The notes beneath the pieces are model-generated. The model did not search any database. It worked only from the letters and a program-made list of their open reading frames with translations, and was not told the origin of the DNA. Below, one piece after another: positions 10,020-22,101 of a stretch of DNA of 64,000 nucleotides. Origin of the DNA: Nitrososphaerales archaeon (GTDB lineage: Archaea; Thermoproteota; Nitrososphaeria; Nitrososphaerales; UBA213); the NCBI GenBank assembly GCA_965197925.1, contig CBDAOC010000020.1, forward strand, positions 352,001-416,000, read 5' to 3'. Position numbers and translations under genes: made by a program. Position 1 is the first letter of the stretch; each line of letters opens with the position of its first letter.

Positions 10020-10469
10020 ATGTATACTCATATTGCTCGCACATGGAGAAAGATGTGGAAGACACGTTCTGATGAGTTGAAAGCGAAAGCAGTAGAGTGG
10101 AGAGCGCAGACAACGATGCACAGAATTGAAAAACCTTCAAGGTTAGATAGAGCTAGGAGGCTGGGGTACAAGGCAAAGCAAGGATTTGTTGTTGTAAGAA
10201 TGAGAGTTGCGAGTGGCGGTATGAGGAAACAAAGACCAAAGGCCGGGAGGAGACCTAAACACATAGGTGTTGTAAGAATAAAACAATCTGATAGCATGCA
10301 AAAGGTTGCGGAAAGACGTGTTGCGGAAAGACATCCCAACATGAAATTAATTGGTTCTTATTATTTACATAAGGATGGCCGGTATTATTGGTTTGAATGT
10401 ATATTGGCTGATAAGAGTCATCCTGCAATCTTTAAGGATTTGGAAATAAAACAAAAGCTAGGAAATTGA
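10020..10469 (+). CDS. rpl15e: 50S ribosomal protein L15e
   Basis: RIEKPSRLDRARRLGYKAKQG, GRRPK, VAERR; start moved to MYTH. Confidence 0.95.
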   Translation: MYTHIARTWRKMWKTRSDELKAKAVEWRAQTTMHRIEKPSRLDRARRLGYKAKQGFVVVRMRVASGGMRKQRPKAGRRPKHIGVVRIKQSDSMQKVAERRVAERHPNMKLIGSYYLHKDGRYYWFECILADKSHPAIFKDLEIKQKLGN

Positions 10470-10750
10470 GAAAGAACGATTCATGCGTTCTTAATACCCG
10501 GCAATCTCCCCTGTTGAGATGTTTATTACTAAGTAATTGACTTGTTTAGATGATTTCCTCGTATCAAATTGAAATTGTTTTATTATATTGCTGTACCAGG
10601 TATGATGGGGCCGTTCGAATAGTTGACTAAACTGATGGAGTGATCCATTGAATAAATGGCTCAATGGTTATTGAAAGATAATATCTAGAAAATAATAAAT
10701 AAAATCACTTACTCCAATCTAGAAAGACATCGCACGGTAAGAAACATTGT

Positions 10751-12013
10751 TCAGAATCCCGCCATCAGGGGATCCGTTGGTTTCATTAATTCTCGCAATA
10801 AGACCGTTGCGTAGGAACCTTTATTCAAAATGAATCTAAGTTCTAACGATTCTCCTAATGTATGTGAAAACTGACTACAGAGCAATGATGCGGTTCTAAA
10901 TCCACCTTCTACACTAACTTCTTGCAATTCCTTAATATAGAAATCATTTTTTGATACATTCTCCTCTTCCATTATTACCTTCATCATTGAACTGAACCGA
11001 TTGTCGTCTCTGAAGGCATAACCTACCATTGGAATTGCAGGCAGCTGCAATTCATCCATTTCCTCATCAAATCTCTTTATTCTAGGAATTGTGTTCCTTC
11101 CAAAGCAGAAACATACATCTCCACTTTTCGATGACCCAATGTCATATCCCTCTTTGATGGCTTTGCTTAGCACTCTGTTGAATAAGTATGATTGGTAAGC
11201 TTGAACAAATAGTCTTCTTACCGTTATTGGAAGTTTTCTTAGAGCCCTTATTGGCTCGTTGCTACTTGCAAGTTCCTGCAGCAGGATTCGTTCCAGATCC
11301 ATTTGTGGGGGGAAAATCTTCAAGACCTTTTGAAAATTTGAAACATCTTTGCATGAATTTCTGATCTCTATTGTTTCCTTGCTGTCGTACTTACCAGGAT
11401 AGCAAAGGTATAGTTCTACTGCTTTCCTGAAGTTCCTTTTTATCAATTCACGCCCAACCAGATGTGTTACGGCCCTTGAACTTCCGAATCTTTGATACCC
11501 GTAAAAGTTTGCGATATGATTCTTATTAATAATCTCTTCAAATTCCATAATACTTCGTTCCAAGTTGCCGGTTGTGAAACCTGTAATGGTAATAGTAAAT
11601 CTGTTACCAATGAGCTTACCTTTGGTAATGGGTTTACTGGTGTAACCAACAAGGTCCATCACACATTGTTTAGTGATTATATGGGCTTGGGGATCCTTGC
11701 GCTTTCTAAGAGAACTCACATATTGTCTAGTGACGGCCTTAGCATCCTTAAGACCCACAGGTTTTAACTTCAACCAGGTAGCGAGCTCTACTTCCCATAT
11801 TGCATGGAATGAGTCAATACCCTCCTTCTTTAACAAATACAAAGGATATTGATGCTCTTCGTCTGCATTGTTTGTTAGGTCCAGCGACAAATTATCCAGA
11901 ATTTCTTCTACTATGAATTGATCCTTGGTTTGTTTGATGGAACCATCTATTCCATGAATATTTGTTGAATAAACCTCCATACCTGTGCAACTGTCGAGAG
12001 CAGGAACTACCAT
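10751..12013 (-). CDS. truD: tRNA pseudouridine(13) synthase TruD
   Basis: GLKDAKAVTRQ, GNRFTI, NFYGYQRFG, AYQSYLFN, GSYATVLLRE. Confidence 0.93.
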   Translation of the reverse strand: MVVPALDSCTGMEVYSTNIHGIDGSIKQTKDQFIVEEILDNLSLDLTNNADEEHQYPLYLLKKEGIDSFHAIWEVELATWLKLKPVGLKDAKAVTRQYVSSLRKRKDPQAHIITKQCVMDLVGYTSKPITKGKLIGNRFTITITGFTTGNLERSIMEFEEIINKNHIANFYGYQRFGSSRAVTHLVGRELIKRNFRKAVELYLCYPGKYDSKETIEIRNSCKDVSNFQKVLKIFPPQMDLERILLQELASSNEPIRALRKLPITVRRLFVQAYQSYLFNRVLSKAIKEGYDIGSSKSGDVCFCFGRNTIPRIKRFDEEMDELQLPAIPMVGYAFRDDNRFSSMMKVIMEEENVSKNDFYIKELQEVSVEGGFRTASLLCSQFSHTLGESLELRFILNKGSYATVLLRELMKPTDPLMAGF

Positions 12014-12016
12014 CTG

Positions 12017-13630
12017 TCAAATATTTCTGGGTTCTACAATCAAATGCACAATTTCTGAATATGTCAAATCATTGTATTTTACACTAACCGTTATTCTATA
12101 AGCTTGAGCCTGCAGTCCCTCAAGTGGTATAAGTTCAAGGATTACAGTTTTGGTTGAAGGTTCACTAAGGATAAATTCTTGCTCGCTAAATTGCGCTGTC
12201 ATATTAATTAGTCTACCAGTTGGAACTATTGTACCTGAGACGCCCATGCGTATAGTGGAATCTAGTTTATCGTTTGCTATTACCTTAAGTTCGACCTTTG
12301 CAACTTCACCTTGCTTCACGGAAATATTTTTATTCACTACTTCAAGCTTTATTGGTAAAGGCAAATTAGGATTTAATACAGCTATCTTATTCTCGCTCCA
12401 TTCTGTGAACCATACCTTTCCATCCGGAGTTAACGTGAACTGTAAAGGATTAGCTATACCGCAGGGTTGATCATAACCCTCACACGAACCCCATCCGCTG
12501 TTCTGAGTCGGAACAAAATATTCAATCAAAGTTTCTTCACTTGGATCAAATACATCTATAGAATTGCCTTGATGGAGATTGAACCATATCCTTCCTTGTT
12601 CATCTATTGCATTCCAATATGGTAGTGATACAGGTAATCCCCCACAAGTTAATGATGAACCATCGGGACGGGTCACACAGTCTGCGTACAGACCCAACGA
12701 AGTACTGGGACGTGTTAATGATGTGACATATGTTATTGTAGAATTGGTCTCCGGATTGAACTTGAAGAAGGTGCTTGTTCCATGGTCATTGATCCACAAA
12801 TCACCATTCTTGTCTGCCACAATGCCTACTGGAGAATAGATCCCGGCGGGTAGATCATATGAGTTGAAAGATTCGTTGTTGGGATTGAATTTCATTATCT
12901 TTCCACTAACTGGATAAGTTATTGCGGTAAACCAGATGTTCCCACCAGCATCAAAGGTCAAGGGGCCAAGCGTTTCCAGATTGACGGAAGCGGAAAATTC
13001 TCTTATCCCTTTAGAAGTGCTATGTTGTGCGCTGGAAGGATCCAGGGAACCTATCTTCTTACCATAGATCTCGCTGAACCAGACTTTGCCGTTCTTATCA
13101 AAGTTGAAATTGATCGGATAACTTGTATTGAATTCTGTTGTTGTTGGTATATTGTAGACTTCAAAACTTTCTCTTTCCGGATTAAACTTCCATATTGCAT
13201 TGGTAACAACATCTGGGAACCAAAGGTTGCCTTCTTCATCAAACTTCATATCCCATATAGATGCCACGGGAAGAACCTTCTCTCTATCCATTGCATCGGG
13301 TAATGGAAACTCTTTGAACTGTTCTGTCTTAGGGTCGAAACTACCAATTTGTCTTGCAGCAGATTCTGCGAACCATACAATACCATCTCTGTCCACGGTT
13401 ATGCCAACAGGTTCAGAGCAATCACTAGGAATTAGAAATTCCTGAATGTATTTATTGGAATTTGTAATACCAGACCCACAGAGGAGAGCCTCACCTTCGT
13501 CTATCATTTCAGGTGCAAGTTCTGGTGCTGGTGGCCTATACACAACCGCTAAAGTCGAGGCCAACAGCACCCCTGCGACACCAATTACAACAACTTTCTG
13601 TAATAGACTCCTCTTAGACCTTCTTGGCAT
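12017..13630 (-). CDS. Membrane-anchored virginiamycin-B-lyase (Vgb)-like beta-propeller with C-terminal Ig-like domain
   Basis: Repeated P.GI..D..G.VWF.E blades; N-terminal TM segment. Confidence 0.75.
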   Translation of the reverse strand: MPRRSKRSLLQKVVVIGVAGVLLASTLAVVYRPPAPELAPEMIDEGEALLCGSGITNSNKYIQEFLIPSDCSEPVGITVDRDGIVWFAESAARQIGSFDPKTEQFKEFPLPDAMDREKVLPVASIWDMKFDEEGNLWFPDVVTNAIWKFNPERESFEVYNIPTTTEFNTSYPINFNFDKNGKVWFSEIYGKKIGSLDPSSAQHSTSKGIREFSASVNLETLGPLTFDAGGNIWFTAITYPVSGKIMKFNPNNESFNSYDLPAGIYSPVGIVADKNGDLWINDHGTSTFFKFNPETNSTITYVTSLTRPSTSLGLYADCVTRPDGSSLTCGGLPVSLPYWNAIDEQGRIWFNLHQGNSIDVFDPSEETLIEYFVPTQNSGWGSCEGYDQPCGIANPLQFTLTPDGKVWFTEWSENKIAVLNPNLPLPIKLEVVNKNISVKQGEVAKVELKVIANDKLDSTIRMGVSGTIVPTGRLINMTAQFSEQEFILSEPSTKTVILELIPLEGLQAQAYRITVSVKYNDLTYSEIVHLIVEPRNI

Positions 13631-13940
13631 AATTTATCGTTCTGATTATTTTTTAAGAGTATTTATATCTCTATTGAAAGTCGAGGCTTCTTCCTTATAA
13701 GAAAAGTCGATTAGCAAGCCCAGGAAGATAAGGACGAAGAAGAATAGTAAGAATACCCAACAAGGATCACAGATCTATCTTTGAACAGAATGATCATCAC
13801 TTTAATTAAATCTCCGGTTATTTCAAATAACTACCCTTACTATCAATTTCTGGTACGGATCTGGAAATTTTATCTATAAGCATTGTAGATCATTTGGACA
13901 GACAAATATCCATTAGAGACATCCCATTAGTTATCGTAAA

Positions 13941-15627
13941 TTGGAGAAAAAATTAACACGAAATAGACCAATTATTGTAATGATGTTTTTATCTACTGTG
14001 CTTTTGATAACCCCAACTGGACAGGTCTTTGGCCCTCCTGGTCTCTCATGTAATGGTTTTGCCCCAACCATGATTGGGACCCAGGGTAGAGATATACTAA
14101 GAGGAACTCCAGGCGATGATGTTATAATTGCTTTAGGTGGAGATGATGATATCTATGCAGAAGGTGGTGACGATGTGGTATGTGCTGGAGCAGGACATGA
14201 TCGTGTTGTAGCATGGGAAGGCAACGATTTTGTTGATCTTGGAACTGGCAACGACCATGCGATGGGCTACTTGGGTAACGATGTACTATATGGAGGAGAA
14301 GGCTGGGATGAGATTGGTGGTAGCCCCGATACAGAAAACACCTATTTTGACGATAATGACATGATATTTGGTTTTTATCCAGATAGCTACAGAACAGATT
14401 GGCACAGTTTAGAACCAACCACGCATCCAGGTACCAGGTCTCCAGCAGGAATGACTGGAGGTGACAAGGTGGCTGGAGGTGATGGAAATTATGAAGTTCA
14501 TGGCTCAAACTATGGAGATGATCGTGTATTCGGAGACGAAGGCGATGACAGATTATTCGGTCATTGGGGTAGTGATAGGAGTGTCAGGTCGTGGAGATGA
14601 TTTTGCTGACGGAGGCGCGGATAATGATGTCGATAGCTGCCTTGCAGAGGAAAAAATAAACTGTCTAAGTTCAGGAGAGGTGATAATACCCATTGTAACA
14701 GCCATCACCTTAGATCTTACTTCTCAGACTAACATCACCGAAACTGTAGAAATTACTGCATCTATATTGGAATCATCCGGCATACCAGCTCGAAATGTCA
14801 CTATAGATTTCTATGATTCAAGTACATTGATAGGCTCTGAATTGTCCGATTTAAGTGGTGAATTAAGTATTAGTTATACACCAACGGTAGCAGGCTTGCA
14901 TCCGATCAAGGCTGCATTAGCGGCAGATGAGCATTACGAGGCCAGTGAAAGCTCTGTAAGAATCTTGAATGTGATTGACCCTAACGGTGCCTCAATCACA
15001 TGTGCCGAATTGACTCCTACAATTGTTGGTACAGAACAAGGTGAGATTATAGCCGGAACTGCTGGTGATGATATGATCAATGGCGGTGGCGGTGACGACA
15101 TAATATACGGTCGCGGTGGTAATGATAAAATCTGCAGTGGAGAAGGTGACGATAAAATATTTGGTGGAGCTGGTAACGATGAAGTATACGGTGGAGAGGG
15201 TAATGACAAATTTTTCGGTAACTCTGGTGATGACCAAGCATTTGGTGGAGAAGGTGACGACACACTCTATGGTGGTGCTGGAAATGATAAAATATACGGC
15301 GAAGATGACAACGACAAACTGTATGGAGGGTATGATAACGATGAATTATACGGTAGAGAGGGTAATGATCGACTGTATGGATGGCATGGTGATGACACCC
15401 TATCAGGCGGAGAGGGAGATGACTTTCTAACTAGTGGAGATGGTGAGGATATCCTATTGGGAAGCGCTGGAAATGACATATTAAGAGGTGGTGCTGGCAT
15501 AGATGAACTGTTTGGTGGACTCGGTAAAGACTCTCTGGATGGTGGTGCAGACGATGATACTCTTGATGGTGGTGAAGATGAGGATGAAGACGTTTGTAAA
15601 GGTGAGGTCAACGTTCACTGTCCATAA
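13941..15627 (+). pseudogene. RTX/hemolysin-type Ca-binding repeat surface protein with Ig-like domain, split by a frameshift near 14580
   Basis: GGxGxDx(L/I/V)x nonapeptides in ORFs 13941-14600 and 14461-15627; the repeat register switches frame at ...GSDR/VSGRGDD; two copies of C..PT..GT....I.GT.GDD. Confidence 0.8.
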
Positions 15628-15970
15628 AAAGGCAAAAAAGAATACAAGATAAACAACAAAACACAATCCATTTCTTTTTTATTATTCTAGATTAAGGTTA
15701 AACAATAATACGCTACATAAGCTATAACATGTTACCACAATATAAAACCACTACCAACAGAGAATCCCTTCGGGAGAGAGCCATGAATTGATCGCAATAT
15801 CCTAGCTACTTTCCTAGGTTTCGGATGCTCTAATGATTAAATCTGAATGCTTGTGATCTTTAATTCGTTTGTCTTGCTCATAATTGCTTTTGTGATGGGC
15901 AGACGTGTTCGAAAAGTATCTAAAATGAATCGTGATCGAAAAGTTTATGCGCCGTCACGAATTAAAATTT

Positions 15971-16629
15971 TTATAAAGAAAGAGTGACAGAATTATACAT
16001 GAATCTTCTGATAACATCCTCTACTACAAAGTCAGTGCCGAATACCCCTCCAAATGGTTGGCAGTAAATTACACCGGTATCATATTCGCCCGTATTAATA
16101 CCTGCAAGAGAATAATACTGGTCTCCTTGGATACCTTTTAGTTTCCCAAGGTGTTCACCATTTCCCACATCACCACTAGTAAGATAAACACGGAGATCAG
16201 ACCCATTTGTAACCTCAAAGGCTCCGACCCGAAGATTTTGGTTGTTGTTTACAGATAATATTTTTGTAATTCCTTCTGCATTATGACTCCCAATACCAAC
16301 GAATGAACCGGTTCTTATTACCTCCAGAGTTGCTTCCCCCCCATTTCCTGCTGACTCATTCCTGCGATATTTTTGTCTATATTCCTGATTATTTGAGCGT
16401 CTCCATTCATAATCATATTCTTCTCCTCTTGGCTCATCCGTGTTGCCATATCCAACCTATCCTCTTCACTCATCTCGCTAAATTTTTAATACTCTTGCAA
16501 AACCATCTCGGCATTGGGAATGGGCTCGTTTACCTCTATAACAACTAACAATGATGTTACTAGGAAATGACCAACTACAACAGCTGCAATGGATGCGCCA
16601 CTAATAGCACCAATAATACCCTTATACAT
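15971..16629 (-). pseudogene. DM13-domain protein, disrupted
   Basis: Own translation: MYKGIIGAISG (TM), in-frame TAA at 16486-16488, then a frameshift, then GSFVGIGSHNAEG...FEVTNGSDLRVYL...LGKLKGIQGDQYY...VIYCQPFG. Confidence 0.8.
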
Positions 16630-16895
16630 TTAATTCATCTCAAAACTGTAAGAGATAAGTATTTTTCCGATTCATATCCAAATTATATTAATGTGTTGAA
16701 TTAAGTTTGAAGCCATTTATTATCATTTATACATTTAATCTTTTGATTCAAAGCTTGATACTAATTTTGTTGTGGTTATGACAAGTCTTCCCTATAAGGT
16801 AACTTTCAGCGTATGGATCGCATCCCCCAATTTTGCAAAACCATGGCAAATAGATATGTTGGTATGATATTAGTAAGAAACCTTATGTTCTTTTG

Positions 16896-17204
16896 TTATT
16901 CTTGACCGCTCATTTCGTGAAACGATGAAAGGTATTCACGGCCTTTCTTGGTTATTAAAAAGTTTGAAGGGCTATCCTTCAAATTAGCAACGAGTTCCAG
17001 GTTAAGCATAAACGTAAGATACTTTGAGGCTCTCCCATAATTGAGATTACTTTTGTATTTCAATTGTGATTTCTTTAACGGACGTTCAGCCAGATCAATG
17101 AGCATATCAAAAATGATCGTTAAAATACCACGTCTTTTAGATCTCATCTCATTCGTTATCACTTCCAGTTCGTTAATTACATCTTGATAGATTTTTACTT
17201 TCAC
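16896..17204 (-). CDS. Winged-helix DNA-binding protein (archaeal HTH_45 type)
   Basis: RR..L.II.DML...KKSQLKYKSNLNY..ASKYL..ML...FLITKKGREYL. Confidence 0.8.
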   Translation of the reverse strand: MKVKIYQDVINELEVITNEMRSKRRGILTIIFDMLIDLAERPLKKSQLKYKSNLNYGRASKYLTFMLNLELVANLKDSPSNFLITKKGREYLSSFHEMSGQE

Positions 17205-17224
17205 TTAATATACAAATTATTGAC

Positions 17225-17262
17225 CTAGTACCTTATTACTACTCTAGTACCTTATTACTACT
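17225..17262. repeat. 19-bp tandem duplication (CTAGTACCTTATTACTACT x2) upstream of the wHTH gene
   Basis: Read directly from the sequence. Confidence 0.9.
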
Positions 17263-18135
17263 CTTATTAACAAGCTAGTCGTTCTATTCGAAATTATTAT
17301 CTACATCGAGTTTTTTGTATAAGGATCAGTGTGGGATGCAGATAATTATCGTTGCAATTAACTTGAAGTAAAGAGGTGGATATTATCTCTCTACGCAAGG
17401 GGAGGTCTAACTTATGGGTGCTGTAATTCACACCTAGAATTATTATCGTTTGTAACAATAACAATTACTTACAACGGTTCAATCACTTCTTGAATAGACC
17501 GAAAGATGTAGAATTGATGGTTGTTTGCCCCAATATATCTTCCAGAATCTCTTCTAGGGTATTAGTTCTATATTTCATACACTTACCGTAACTTCCCTCT
17601 TCAAAATTCAAATATAAAATTCCATATTGATCCATCTCTTCACACGGATATGAATAATTCACTGGATAGGTTCAGATCATAATCTGACAAATTAAAGGAC
17701 TTTGCTAAGATCATATCTACAGCAAATGGATTCACTATTCTTGTGGTATTAGATGGAGCGTTGCCAGAAACATAAAAGTAAAGGAGAAAAAAGTAGTCTA
17801 GTTAAAAATGGCTATGAGAAAGTCTATTGATGTTACACAGTTCTGACAATAATCTTCCATAATGTCATGGTTATCTACCCATAAATTTCATAATTTTGAA
17901 TGACTATCTACCAAGGAATGTACTGTAGATTAGCCATTCATCATTTTTGAATTTTTCAATCCTATGAGTCCAGAATAATCAAATCTCTGACGGTTGTGGA
18001 CTAGAAAGTCTAATCCAGATAAATGAACCACATAAGTTTGGCCTCATTTAGCTGTTTTAGGAATGAAAATACTCGCTAGTGGTTCGTACCAAATATTAAT
18101 TAGAAAATAATTACTATCCTTGCCTGGAATACAAC

Positions 18136-19082
18136 ATGAAAGCTATACATTTTGATGGTAACAAGTTGCATTTTCCTTCAGATTATCCGATACCAAAATC
18201 CACCGAATCTTTAGTTAAGGTACAACTGGCTGGAATTTGTGGCACTGATCTGGAAATGTTACGTGGATAGGTGTCTTACAATGGTATTCCTGGACATGAG
18301 TTTGTAGGTATTGTAGAAGAATCCAAAAACAAAGGCATTGTAGAAAAGAAATAGTTGGTGAGATAAATGTTGGATGTGGAACTTGTGCTTCATGCACAAA
18401 TGGTTTGGAGAGACACTGTCCAAATCGAACAGTTTTAGGAATTTCCAAAAGAGATGGTGAGTTTGCAGAATTTTTGTCACTTCCAGAAATAAATCTTCAT
18501 GTGATTCCCGATTCAATTGGAGATGAACAAGCAGTATTCATTGAACCTCTAGCAGCAGCTTTTGAGATTGGTGAACAAGTTCGCATAAACCCTGATTGGA
18601 GTGTGTCTATTGGCGGCGATGGGCGTCTTGCCCAGCTTATTGTTACTGTTTTAAAACTTCATTGTTCTAATATTATCTGTTTTGGAAAAGATGAAAACAA
18701 ACTTCAAAGATTGCAAAAACTTGGAATTAAAACAAAAATTAGTATAGAATCAATTGATGAAAATAAATTTGATCTAGTAGAAGCAACTGGCAGTGATTCA
18801 GGATTTTTGGATAGTGTGAGATTGGTAAAACTACGAGGAACTATGATTTTGAAATCTACCCTTGCTTCTAAAAACGATCTTGATTTAACGCCTGCAGTAG
18901 TGAATGAAATTACGCTAGTTGGTTCCAGATGCGGTCCATTCAGACCAGCAATCAATTCACTGGCAACTGGAACTATTTCTGTAGATGATTTAATCGATTC
19001 CATATATCCATTAGAAAAGTTTCAAGAAGCATTTGAATTCGTAAAAAAACCAAATACACTAAAAGTTCTATTAAAACCTTGA
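18136..19082 (+). pseudogene. Zn-dependent alcohol dehydrogenase (MDR family), disrupted
   Basis: MKAIHFDG...AGICGTDLEMLRG*(TAG 18268-18270)...GHEFVG, frameshift near 18350, then GEINVGCGTCASC...HCPNR, EPLAAA, GSRCGPF. Confidence 0.88.
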
Positions 19083-19314
19083 TTTAAAATCTTGCAGAGT
19101 GATCTGATTATTCATTTGAAATTATATTTAGTTTGAAGATAAATAGACTAAATAATAACTATTCTTAGTTTTGTTGTTACTATTTTCATGAATCCGTATT
19201 TGTTACAGTCAGTTAGGGATTTTATTTTGGTAGTTCGAACATTAGTTTTGTATCTTGTCAGCAAAAACGGAATTCCCGCCAGCAATAGTTATGTAAGAGA
19301 CCAGAGAAATCTAA

Positions 19315-20346
19315 TTGATGCGCGATACATTGGCCCCACAAGAATGGTATGAGGTCAACAGATTCATTCTAAAGTTGAATGAAGCCAAATCTCCAGTCCT
19401 CTCGCTGTACTTGCCGTCGTATGCTATAGCTCAGGGAACAAAAATCCTGGATGTTAAGGAAAACATTATTGGGCTTGAAGAGGTTAAGGATATCGTTACA
19501 GATATACTTCGTAGAATAAAATATCATTCAGGAAGTTTATGCCTATTCGGATGGTCTAACAAGGGACAAACCATTGTTGAGCATATGAAAATATCGAAAG
19601 AAGTTCCACCTATCTATGTAACCCAACGGAGGCCATACCTGAAACCGCTAAAGGATATCCTGGAGATTGGGTATCGAATAGTTGTGATTATAATGGATCA
19701 TAAGAGAGCAAGAATAGAGGTCTTTACTGGAAGCAAACTGGTTGAGGAGATAATCGTAAGATCATACCTAAAGGGAAGACATAGCAAGGGCGGATGTAGC
19801 CAGAAGAGGTTCAAACAGAATAGGGAGCTTCAGATCAGATACTTCTTCAACAAACTGAGTCAACAGCTGAAAGGTCTTGAAGAAGATAGTGTTGAACTGA
19901 TTCTTCTCGGAGGAGAAGGATTGGCCAAGAAGAAATTCTATTCATTGATGGATGAGAAAGTTGCTCAGTATACATACATAGAAAATGGGATATCCTTCAA
20001 TACACCAAGAAGGGATATCGTAGAGCGTGTGATCTCTATACTAGACAAAGTTAGAAAAACGACTGAGATAAAACTTCTGACAGCGTTGGCTTCTTCCGCC
20101 AAGGATGGATTGGTAATAACAAACAACGAAGAGATAGAGAAGAAACTCACAGGAGGGATGGTTGACAAGTTGTTCCTTGCAGCTGACTATCATTCAAAGT
20201 CTCCCAAGGAGAGATCCCTAATTAAAAGGATAATCACGCTTGCGAAAAGGAAAGGCTCGACCATTGAGTTCATAACGGATCCTAATGCAAGGACAAGGCT
20301 GCACAAGTTTGGTAATCTTGTTGCGTTACTTAGGTATAGGAATTGA
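19315..20346 (+). CDS. eRF1/aRF1-superfamily release-factor paralogue (GGxSQ type, VLRF1/baeRF1-like)
   Basis: GRHSKGGCSQKRF loop, LILLGG, C-terminal eRF1_3-like domain ending FGNLVALLRY; no NIKS motif. Confidence 0.78.
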   Translation: MMRDTLAPQEWYEVNRFILKLNEAKSPVLSLYLPSYAIAQGTKILDVKENIIGLEEVKDIVTDILRRIKYHSGSLCLFGWSNKGQTIVEHMKISKEVPPIYVTQRRPYLKPLKDILEIGYRIVVIIMDHKRARIEVFTGSKLVEEIIVRSYLKGRHSKGGCSQKRFKQNRELQIRYFFNKLSQQLKGLEEDSVELILLGGEGLAKKKFYSLMDEKVAQYTYIENGISFNTPRRDIVERVISILDKVRKTTEIKLLTALASSAKDGLVITNNEEIEKKLTGGMVDKLFLAADYHSKSPKERSLIKRIITLAKRKGSTIEFITDPNARTRLHKFGNLVALLRYRN

Positions 20347-20632
20347 AGAGCATAGAAATGTTATCATTCAACTGTGTTGGACCGGAAAACCTTCAGAACT
20401 GTCCTTTATGATACATTATATTCTTATAAGAACAATTATCTCTCCTTGATAATGAAATCACGAATGTATTCCATTCCACGTATAATAATCCGCAGCGATC
20501 AATAATTGGTTGAGATTTCAACGCTCATTCAAGCTTTTCAAACTTCGTGCTATGGATTGGAATATACTGATTCATGCTTACACTAACAATAGATTCTTTT
20601 ACAACTTCTGGTCTAAGACTTATTAAATTACA

Positions 20633-21700
20633 TCATTCATCTCTGAGCTCTTGCAAACGTTGTGCAAGATTGTTAATAATATCAACAAATGATAAATCGT
20701 CTATTACATTGTTTAGTTCATAGGGATCATTTACCAAGTCATAAAACTCCATTATAGTATCTCTTTCTCTTTAATGTTCCACATACTTGTACTACATGTT
20801 CTTATTGCGGAAGTATTTGTGTCCGCCCAAATTTTCTCTTCTGCTCGAGAAGAATTTCGCCACGCCACTCCTCTTCGTTGAATAGCGAAACCAAACTCAT
20901 CCCATTCACTTCCAAAGTTGGAGTGGCTTCGACAAGTTCAGCGATGGTTGGAGCAATGTCAATATTTGCTATTAGATCCTCACTCACCATCGGTTCAGAA
21001 ATCAGCTGAGGAAAACGCATGACCAAGGAAACACGTAGAGCTTCTTCGTATATATTGTATTTCCCGAATAACCTATGCTCCCCAAAAGAAACCATGATCA
21101 GATGTAAATATAATAACTGTATTATCAAGTTTATTTCCTAGTGCATCCAGTATTGACTCTACTGCTTCGTCCACTGCATTCAATGAATATATTTAATCTT
21201 TCCTAAACTGATCAATCTCAGCAATTCTTTCTTCGGTCAATAAGGGAAGTGCTATCCAAGGAGGTTTGTCAGAAACATCTGCCTCATTGAAGCTGGGTGG
21301 CCTATGAAGTGGCAGGTCATCACCTGTACCCTCATGGCGGGGCGCTACAACATCGAGTGGATCTGCCGGCTGAGAATGTAGTGCCAGAGTACTGAGCAAA
21401 AGGAAGAAAGGTCTCCTTGATTCTGTATGAATTCTAATGCCTTGTCCCTTAGAATATCGATGGAATAATCACTTGGTTCATCAGGAAAATTATTGATAAC
21501 CCCATTCTCGTTTTTTACTACCCAAACCTCAGTACTAAGAGCAAACGACTTTGTCCTAAACTTAGCCGCCGTCATCGGTCTGTTGTATTGAATTTGGTGT
21601 TTCAAAGTCTGCACCTCCGTATGTTTAAGCCCATGAAGTTTCAGGTGCCGTGAATACATCTTGGACCAATGAAGCCGGCAACAGAATAGTAGCTAGCAAT
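20633..21700 (-). pseudogene. Sulfatase (GlcNAc-6-sulfatase-like), heavily degraded; 5' boundary approximate
   Basis: Fragments in several frames: DYSIDILRDKALEFI, PPSFNEADVSDKPPWI, GEHRLFGKYNIYEEALRV, NIDIAPTIAEL, EFYDLVNDPYELNN. Confidence 0.8.
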
Positions 21701-22101
21701 ATCATCAGCATGGGTGTTGACATCACTGCGTAATAGGCCCCGTATTACGTAATTTCTACCCACTAGTTAAAAATAATGTATAACGTTGTATCCGGTAAAT
21801 ATTGAATTATTGTCTTGAGATTATCAATGCAAAATTTGTATGTTCTGTTAGAATAATTATGCATGAATTTGATCTATTGAAATATCCGTAGTCAACATAT
21901 AACTTCATTTATTGTACCATTATTTTAAATGGTCAGTCCTATAGGTGCCTCATACATCAAGTCTTACTCTTTCTGTTTGTCTATTTACTATAAATTCAAG
22001 AAAATAACTACTAACTATTAACAATCCAAGCATTACGTTACCATGAATCAGTAACCTATTACACAATAAAACCGAAAACCTTTTTCCTTTATATGATTAA
22101 T

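Noticed and set aside
17300..18050. Possible gene remnants in a long AT-rich spacer
   Set aside because: Only short interrupted frames with no recognisable family; needs BLASTx.
18268..18270. In-frame TAG in the ADH gene as pyrrolysine or read-through recoding
   Set aside because: The gene also has a frameshift near 18350 and no pyl genes are seen; simple decay explains it.
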